From the NCBI RefSeq assembly GCF_009914755.1, contig NC_060940.1: a stretch of DNA of 64,000 nucleotides, one strand, 5' to 3'. Below, piece after piece: positions 48,308 to 64,000 of this stretch (its first letter is position 1; every line of letters begins with the position of its first letter). The notes below the pieces were generated by a model that saw only the letters and a list, made by a program, of their open reading frames with translations, searched no databases and was not told where the DNA came from. The DNA is from the human T2T-CHM13v2.0 reference genome, Homo sapiens. A program made the translations under genes and the position numbers.

Positions 48308-48639
48308 CTAAGGACTTGAAAGAGTTAAAAGAGTAAACACTTTGAGAAACGTGTTAAACAAAGGTCTCTTTCTTGAAATTGAACATTGCTCCTATTGGCA
48401 TTAGCATTTTTCCTTTAGGGCTCAAAATACCTTCTTTGGAAAGAAATACATTTAATTTAGGTTTTCCAAATGCTTATACTCTAGCCTTCAAAAATCTCTC
48501 TCTTATAACTTAAGGGGAAAAATTATTTATTTGTTTACTTTATTTTATTTATGAAACAGGGTCTCACTCTGTTGCCCAGGCTGGAGTACAGTAGTACAAT
48601 CTCAGCTCACTGCAACTTCCACCTTCTGGGCTGAAGTGA

Positions 48640-49055
<416 letters not shown>

Positions 49056-49989
49056 TGATCTCCTGATCTCTTCATCCGCCTGACTTGGCCTCCCCAAGTG
49101 TTGGGATTACAGGCGTGAGCTACCATGCCTGGCCCAAAATCAGTTTATCATTTTAACCCTTTGGGAAGACAGAGTTTTATATGATATAACCTATTGAAAT
49201 ATTGTCTGTAATAATCTTGGGGACAAATACCTAGTAATGAACATAAACTTGAAATTTTTTTGGGATATCTGTGATCCAAAAATGTATGAGTCTAAGAGAA
49301 CCTCTTTAGAGCTGATATTGTCCTTCCAGACATTGGAGAGTTAACCATAGACTAATATAGTCTTGGAAAACTCAGGTTCACTGATAAGAAATGCATAATT
49401 CTTTCTACAGTATTTTGCTTGAATTCTCAGAGTTAGGTTTTGTTTTTTTTGCTTTCAGCACATGGTAGAGCACTGGTCCCTTCACTGGCTAGAATTAATT
49501 TCCCACTTTGGGGATCTAGCTCGTGGCCTTGGCTAAGAGAAGAGCGTCCCAGTGGTAGATGTTATAGCACAGAACCAAACCACACATGCCACTTTCAGAT
49601 TATAGATGTAAGGTTCTCTGTCATGTCCAGATTACCTTCAGAAGTCTTTAAGGAAAACACGTGAAAAGGGCTCTGAAGGCAACACTCTAACCGATAAGTG
49701 ATTCATCAATTTGAATTCTCCTTGAAGCTGTCAGTGATGCTGAGCTGAAGGATCAGTGTTAAAATGCAGTGTTGTTGAACAGTCCTTGCTCAAATGTCTC
49801 CTGAGGAGGGAAAAGTTTTGATGATGACAGGGCTTTTCTTGAATATAGTCTTTGGCTTTTTGGCCTTGGATCCTTGACAATATGGATAAATAGTAGTTGT
49901 TTTCTTGAAGTTTAAAACCTTTTTAGAGATAACTGAGCATTATACAAGTAAATTCAATGGTACCTTCTAAGCTGAAACATAAACTTCTA

Positions 49990-50708
<719 letters not shown>

Positions 50709-50826
50709 CTAGTGCAGTGGCTCACGCCTGTAATCCCAACACTTTGGGAGGCCAAGGTGGGCGGATCATCTAAGATCAGGAGTTTGAGACCAGCCTGACC
50801 AACATGGAGAAACCTCGTCTCTACTA

Positions 50827-51035
<209 letters not shown>

Positions 51036-51073
51036 TTAAAAAATACGATAGATGGGCCAGGCATGGTGGCTCA

Positions 51074-51360
<287 letters not shown>

Positions 51361-51960
51361 TTACATTGCACAAAATAAGAGAGTTGTGTTATTTGGAAAA
51401 TATTTTATTCAACTATCTATGTATGTATATATTGGGTTGCAATGTAAACTCTATTATTGTAAGTCTTGATCAAAAACTTTGATGTTTAGATTATACATAC
51501 TTATTTGGTAGTAGGAGTTTCTGTCCTATGTTTAGAAGATATTACACATCAGACATTCTGAAACTTACAATTTTGAACATATTACTATATATTTAATCAG
51601 AATTGACAATATTGGCCAGACGTGTGGCTCACGCCTGTAATCCCAGCACTTTGGGAAGCCAAGTGAGACCCTATCTCAAAAAAAGAAAAAACAGAATTGG
51701 CAATGTTCAGTTATTATGGAATGGGGAAAAACTATGTTGTATCACTAGATAATGTTTATAGCTCTAATACACACACCACTTCACACCTCCCGGTGGAGAG
51801 TCCCTACCAGTGTAAACTTGGTGAGATGTTTCCTGAATGTAAAGTCCATCAGGTTGGGAAAACAAAATGGAGACCCATTGTGTTAGGCCATCATTGAAGG
51901 AACTTTTACAAAGACGTGATTATAGTTAGCCCTGATTTCTGAATTTTTCCATTGTAACAG

Positions 51961-52103
51961 GCAAAACTAGATGGTGGAAGACAGCAATGGAGACCTGTCC
52001 TCATGGCTGTGACTGAGAAGGATTTGCTGCTCTATGACTGTATGCCGTGGACAAGAGATGCCTGGGCGTCACCATGCCACAGCTACCCACTTGTTGCCAC
52101 CAG
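51961..52103 (+). CDS. SNTB2: Beta-2 syntrophin internal coding exon (exon 4, 143 nt; PH2)
   Basis: Acceptor attgtaacag|GCA, donor CAG|gtaagt. Translates AKLDGGRQQWRPVLMAVTEKDLLLYDCMPWTRDAWASPCHSYPLVAT(R). Absent from the ORF track; read manually. Confidence 0.96.
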
Positions 52104-53799
52104 GTAAGTAAGACTAAAGATAAGGAAGTAAAATATTTATCCTACTCTAAATCTACAAAAGAATTTTAAAGTGAATTCTGTTATCTTAGGTGCCTAAAAG
52201 AGCATTTAAGTAGCGGATATAGTTGATGCAGACAAAAATTTTTTGTTTTACAACCTTATTGATAATTTTGCAGCTCCTAGCTCAGAATAAATTGTTTTTA
52301 TAATGAGCGTTTTTGTGTGTACCTTTTAAGTTGTCAAGGAACTTCCTAACTGTTCCCTTACAAGACTTGCTTAGTCATGAAGATTATAGGGTTTTTTTTT
52401 CTTTATTTTATTGACTGTGACTAGAAAACCACTGAAATTGTGGCAGCCTTTTGACTGAGTGACGAAATCATTTAAACCAGAATGTGGTACTGTGGATAAA
52501 CCACTTAACTCAGCCAAAATATTCTTCAACTTCTCTTTCTAATGTAAGAACACATCATTTTGATTCTATGAAATAAACATTGATTTGACCTGAAGCCACA
52601 GGGTGTTTCTAGCATTCCAGATATGGAGGGCTGAAAGGGAAAAGAATAGAGAAATTTAGACTTGGGAGCCAAGGTGTTTTAAGGGATCATAACTGTGAAA
52701 CTAGAAAACATATCCAAATTCAAATTTTTTTGGACTTAACAAAAGAATCAGGTGTTGATATAACTCAAAAACTACACATTAAAGAAGAGCGCCATGGAAA
52801 AGTATTTAGTAGTCAAAAGAGCTAAATGATGAAACTATCTGGAATATCCCAGTGGGAATAGTGGGGATTTCCTGCTTTGAGGAGACAAAGATTCATGTAA
52901 GGCAGAGTATTCTTTGCATTACTGGAAAAGTTTCACTTTAAAAGATTTCCTTTAACTTGCCACATATATTATTCTTCCTTTACATATATTATTCTTTTTA
53001 TAAAAAATATATTTTTCACATGGCCTTCCAGTAGTATCTCCGTAATTTAGAGCTGGAGCTCCTAGATCACAGAATGAAGTAAAGGATTTGGTGAGCCTCA
53101 GTATTAGGGAGGTGTGTCCTCATTAATTCCTTCAGGACAGAATAGTCCTGCAGAAAGACTGAATTTAATTATGTTTCTCTTTTAAAAAAATAAGATATAC
53201 ACTATTGTTTTTTGTAAATTTCTTAATATTTGGTTTTTTAAATCCCCACTAAATTATAACCTCCTTGCAGTCAAGAACTCTGACTTAGTCATCTCAGCAC
53301 TTCCCACAATGCTTTGCGTGTAGTAGGCCATCAATAAATCTTAGTTGAATTAAATTATTTACTTAAGTTATAGTTTCTCTGTCATGGTTACATTAGGAAC
53401 TTGACAGTAATCCTACAAAAATATGTAACCATGTCTTAGTAATTATAATTAGAACAATTAAATTTATATTTTCCAAGATTTAGAATTTAGGAATATGGCT
53501 GTGGAGATCTCTTAAGTTTAAATTTTGTAGAATCAGCTTACACTTTGGTTCTGATCATAGAATGCAAGGAGGGTAGCTTTATTCTTTTTTAAAATGTGTG
53601 CACCTGGAAGCATGAAGCAGAAATTTACCACGTTCCGTAGAAGAGCTTTTGTTTAATACTAGAAATTATAATGCCATAAGCAAATAATTTCTTGGCTATA
53701 GAGTAGATTAGGCATGGACCACCAAAGCACTTTGGTACTAAAGATGGAGATGGGGTGGTGTATGTACTATCAGTGGTATTAATTTGCAAGTAGGGAAAA

Positions 53800-55545
<1,746 letters not shown>

Positions 55546-55914
55546 ATAAAATAATTAAACCCAACAAGATTGAAAAGAGAGACTAAGACTGATTCCTAAT
55601 AAACTGAATGTTATACTAAGTAAGCGATAGCATGCTACTGAAACTTTCTGTGCCACATATTTTTCATTTGTTAAGTGCACCCTAATGAGATAGGGTGGGT
55701 GTTAGTATTAAATGAGTTAATACTAATAAACTGCCTAGAATGGTGCCTGACACATTGTAACTGCTCAAGTGTTAGCTGCTTTAATTATAATATTTATTAT
55801 TAAATGAAAATTATGCCCAAGAAGAATTCTTTGTAAAAAGCATAATAATTAGGCCAGGTGCAGTGGTTCACGCCTATAATCCCAGCACTTTGGGAGGCCG
55901 AGGCTGGCGGATCA

Positions 55915-56155
<241 letters not shown>

Positions 56156-56285
56156 TTAGTTTAATTTGGTCATTGTTAAAAGAGGAGCTCTGGCCCAGCG
56201 TGGTGGCTCACGCCTGTAATCCCAGCACTTTGGGAGGCCACGGCGGGTGGATCACGAGGTCAGGAGATTGAGACCATCCTGGCTA

Positions 56286-56612
<327 letters not shown>

Positions 56613-56784
56613 TCAAAAAAATTAAAAGAAAGGAAAAGGAGCAGTTTTTTGATCTGCCACCAATTTTTACAGATAGTCAAAGTTTCGTATTAAAGGTGAG
56701 GAATTCAAACATGCTCATACATGCAAATTAAACTCACCATTAATTAAATGGGTGGGTCTTATAGAGCTTCCTAGACTGATTGTC

Positions 56785-56910
56785 TGCCTTCCTTCCTCCT
56801 TCCCTTTCCTTTTTCTTCCCCTTCCCTCCCTTCCCTTCCCTTTCCTTTTCCTTTCTTTTCTCCCCTCCCTTCCTCTCTCTCTCCTTCCTTCCTTCTCTCT
56901 TTTTTTTTCT
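56785..56910. repeat. Polypyrimidine/polypurine low-complexity tract (CCCTT/CCTT), expanded AluJ tail
   Basis: About 125 nt almost purely C/T on the + strand. Confidence 0.9.
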
Positions 56911-58454
56911 GACGAACTCTCACTCTGTTGTCCAGTCTAGAGTGTGCAGTGGCAGGATCATAGCTCACTGTAACCTCAAACTCCTGGGCTCAAGCCATCC
57001 TCCCACCTCAGCTTCTCGAGTAGCTAGGACTATAGGCATAAGCCACTATGCCAGGCTAATTTTTTATGGAGGTGAGGTCTTGCTGTGTTGCCCAGTCTGG
57101 TCTCAAACTCCTGGGCTCAAACAATTCTCATGCCTCTCAGTCTCCCAAATTTCTGGGATTATAAGTATGAGCCACCATACCAATTCATGTTGTTTCTTAA
57201 TAAGTTTAATTAATGTAACAACAGGGATTCTTTACTCCTTGTTCAGGAAGTACTGGTGGATTAGAATAAAAAAAGACAGATGAAAGGTTTAGTTTTTCCA
57301 TGTGGCCATGTTGGCAAGGTAGAATTGGTTGAAGTCACAGCACAATAGAATTAAGTGGGGCTTAATGATCCTCTACCAACCAGAGGCGGGTAAAGGGTAA
57401 CCCTGAGAGAGACAAGAAGATGAAACCAGACCAGAAGGTATCCTGCAGAGGGAGGCAAGGCCGGAAAGTGTTTTTAATGTAGGGGAAAGGGAGTGTTTGA
57501 GATTTAAGTGAGTAATGAGAAGGGGCTGAATGTTTAATTTCCCTAATTCTATTGTTAATACTTTGGACCATGTTCTTATGAGTGGATGAGACAGAATAAA
57601 AAAGGATTGCATAAACACATAGGTAAGGAAAAGAAATTAAGGACCTTTATTATGTTAAAAAAAGTAGATAACTCCTGAAAAATTAAGAGTTGATTGTAGT
57701 TCAAAATCAAATAACATGCTTAGAGTAATGTAAATTAACCATGAGCTGCCATTTATATTGGATTGCACATTTACAGATTCTTCAAAACCAAAGCTCTGTA
57801 CGTGTGTGGGTTTTAATAGCTGATAGTTCAGGCCAATGAGGAATAAGTAAAGCATGAAAGTGATAAATGAAGAGGATTTTTATTTTACACATTTCTTGAG
57901 ATTAAAGCCAGATACATGACACAGGTAGAAAGACACTGGTTTTATAGGTGCTCTGGATTTTTCAGGATATGGATTTTGTTGTCTTTTCCTATAAGCCTTC
58001 TTTGGAAGAGAAAAAAGATCTCAAAAAAAAAAAAAGTGTGGTGACTTTAGAATGTGGAATATTGAGTAGTGCTGTGCTTATGGGACTTGTGGGGCAAAAG
58101 CTGCCAAAATGCCTTTGCATGAACTCATCTGGCCTCTCCACAAAAGGGGGGCCTTTTAGCAGTGTTCCCAACCAACCGCTGCTCAGCGAGAGTCCAGCAT
58201 CTGGTTTGAATTAGATTCCCTTTGCCAAATATTTCATAATCAAATCTGTAGGAAAAAATTCTCTTAGACTTTACGTTTTTTAATGTCTGTTTTGGGATTA
58301 GCATTCAAACTGAATATGATAGAATATCTATTGCTTTCACGAACACTTTGTCTTACTTGGATCCTCTGTGGAGTAATTTTGAAACTTACTTAACTCTTTC
58401 TGAGGTAGCTAATGTTTAATTGGCATGTTGGTTTTTTGGGAATCAGCTCAGTAA

Positions 58455-59560
58455 AGCAGTTCTCAAAGTATACTTCATGGACCTCTGCGGATCCCCTTTT
58501 CAGGGGCCTTGTGAGTTCAAAGCTATTTTCATAGTAATATTAAATGTAATTTGCTTTTTTTCATATTGTTGATATTTACACTGAGGATGTGTAAAATTGC
58601 TGGCACCTTAGCATGAATCAAGGCAGTTGGCACGAAACTGTTTTGGGAGTCATTGTATCCGTCCCCACGTGGACTTGCAGAGGGAAAAAAAAATGCCAGT
58701 TTAACTTCCAAATGTCTCTGCTGAAATAGTAAAAAATATTAATTTTATTTAATCTTGACCCTTGAGTATTCATCTTTGTAACATTCTGTGTGATGAAATG
58801 GGAAGTACTCATGGAGCACTTCTGCTGCATACTGAAGAATGACTGTTGTCTCAAGGAAAAGCACATGTGTGATTGAATTCTCAGCTGAACTCCATACATG
58901 CTTTTTCATGTAAACATCATTTTTTATTTGAAAGAATGACTGATTGACAAACACGTTTAGTGAGACTTGGGTATTTGTCACATCACCAAAATGAGTCTGT
59001 AACTTGAGGAAAACACTGATAGTATTTGTTGCCAATGATAAAATTGTAGCTTTCAAGCAAAAATTAGAATGCTGGAAAACTCATATCTGCTACTGTGAGC
59101 TTGACAGCTTCTCAGTACTTGCTTTTCTGGGGAGATTAGTGGTAATACCAAATGAGATTTTTTTATCTTTTATAATGAACGATTTTTAACATGGAAAATC
59201 TGTGTAACTCAGTGAACAAATATTTTTCCAAATGAATGATATATGGTGTTGCAAAATTATGCATGCATAAAAAAGATCCATTGAAATTTCAAGGGAAACC
59301 AGTTGATTTTTAATGTAAACATGATACAGAAACTATTGATAAGGTTTCATATTCCACATTGCAATTAATCTTTACCAAACCACTTGTTGAGTTTTGGTTC
59401 TGTGGACAGAAGGCTATCCACATAATCTGAATGGGCTATTAAAATACTCTTCCCTTTTCCAACTACATATTTATGTGAGGCTGTAACTGCATATTACAAT
59501 AGAATGCTGAAGCAGATGTCAAAATTCAGCTATTTTTAAGCTAGACATTAAAGAGATTTT
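58455..59560 (+). mobile_element. hAT-Charlie DNA transposon fossil (Charlie1a-like)
   Basis: 5' end cagttctcaaagt...ttcaggggcc...ctattttcata; decayed transposase motif LLHTE..LS.GK (cttctgctgcatactgaa...tctcaaggaaaagca). 3' end not seen. Confidence 0.75.
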
Positions 59561-60274
59561 ATTTATTTCTCTTTGATGTACATTCCTCACCAAATTTTTA
59601 AAAATCCTGTATAGAAAACATTGTGAGGTGAGTGAATCCTTATAAATGAGGTAATATTTTGTTCTGTTACACTGATCTACTTAATACTTCTTTAAAATAG
59701 GGAAAATATAAAAAGTGAGGCCAGGAGTGGTGGCTCATGCCTGTAATCCCTGCACTTTGGGAGGCCAAGGCATGTGGATCGCTTGAGCCCAGGAGTTCAA
59801 GATCAGCCTAGGCAACATAATGAGACCTTATCTCTACACAAAATACAAAAATGAGCCAGGCACGGCGGCACGCGCCTATTGTCCCAACTACTTGGGAGGC
59901 TGAGGTGGGAGGATCACTTGAGCTCAGGAGTTCAAGATCAGCCTGGGCAACATAATGAGACCACATCTCTACACAAAATATAAAAATGAGCTGGGCGTGG
60001 TGGCGCATGCCTATAGTCCTAGCTACTCAGAAGCTGAGATGGGAGGATTGTTTGAGCTGGGTAGGTGGAGGTTGCAGTGAGCCAACACTGTGCTACTATA
60101 CTCCAGTCTGGGGGACAGAGTGAGACCCTGTCTCAAAATGAAAATTAAAAAAAAAGAAAATATAAAAAGTGAATAGATTAAACTGTAAAGCAAAATACTG
60201 AATAGTTTCATGACCTTAAGGAAAATTACTTTTCTTATGGTTTTCCTATATGTATACTTCACTTTTTTTTGTAG

Positions 60275-60511
<237 letters not shown>

Positions 60512-60705
60512 TGATCTGCCCGCCTTGGCCTCCCAACGTGCTGGGATTACAGGCATGAGCCACCACACCCAGCCAATATTGCAGTCTTATGTATTCCCTA
60601 AGAAGCCTTACCATCTTTTTGGGGGAGGGGGTGATTTCAATCTGGGCACTAAGGACACTTCTTGCTGTTGGGTTGGTTATTGTTTATTGATGGACAGAGG
60701 TGGGA

Positions 60706-60708
<3 letters not shown>

Positions 60709-60752
<44 letters not shown>
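60709..60752. repeat. (GT)22 microsatellite
   Basis: Uninterrupted GT run. Confidence 0.97.
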
Positions 60753-60754
<2 letters not shown>

Positions 60755-60769
60755 ATAAACTCATAACGT

Positions 60770-60799
60770 GTGCTCGCTTCGGCAGCACATATACTAAAA
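60770..60799 (+). pseudogene. 3'-truncated U6 snRNA retrocopy (U6 nt 1-30)
   Basis: GTGCTCGCTTCGGCAGCACATATACTAAAA is the U6 5' end; flanked by TSD AAACTCATAAC(G/A)T at 60757-60769 and 60800-60812. Confidence 0.9.
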
Positions 60800-60844
60800 A
60801 AACTCATAACATGGATGACAGAGCCTTAGCAGATAAATTTTTAT

Positions 60845-63390
<2,546 letters not shown>

Positions 63391-63462
63391 ACGATTCTTG
63401 GCTGGGCACGGTGGCTCACGCCTGTAATCCCAGCACTTTGGGAGGCCGAGGCAGGCAGATCA

Positions 63463-63672
<210 letters not shown>

Positions 63673-63757
63673 TTAAGAAAAAAAAGAAAGAAAGAAAAGA
63701 CCATTCTTTCTCCATTGAATCACATTTGTTTCTCTCTTTTTTTTTTTTTTTTTTTGA

Positions 63758-63916
<159 letters not shown>

Positions 63917-64000
63917 TAGTAGAGACGGGGTTTTACCATGTGGGCTAGGCTGGACTTAAACTCCTGACCTCAAGTGATCCGCCCGCCTTGGCCTCCCAAA

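Noticed and set aside
58618-59189. ORFs over the hAT element as a possible domesticated transposase
   Set aside because: The transposase frame is broken by stops and frameshifts, and the listed ORFs are mostly antisense or short.

Overview
Primate (almost certainly human) genomic DNA lying entirely within the SNTB2 (beta-2 syntrophin) gene on the + strand. Three internal coding exons are visible: 27426-27639, 41868-42078 and 51961-52103 (exons 2-4 by recalled gene structure). They encode the end of the PDZ domain, the C-terminal half of the split PH1 domain and the start of PH2. The rest is intron, with about 85 Alu copies by manual count (roughly a third or more of the window) and old L1M, L2, CR1/L3, MIR, LTR and hAT fossils. 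Notable insertions are a 5'-inverted L1PA2-like element with an unusually large internal loss, an AluYa5, a 5'-truncated SVA, a processed ZCRB1 pseudogene, a 30-nt tailless U6 retrocopy with a target-site duplication (TSD), and an unidentified antisense poly(A)-tailed insert. Several sites show repeated use of the same retrotransposon target (triplicated TSDs). Exons 3+4 are phase-symmetric and bracketed by oppositely oriented Alus, so a back-spliced circle would carry a stop-free ORF. Almost all ORFs in the supplied track are Alu/L1 artefacts. I see no evidence for a wholly new gene system. Repeat boundaries and subfamily names are by-eye estimates.
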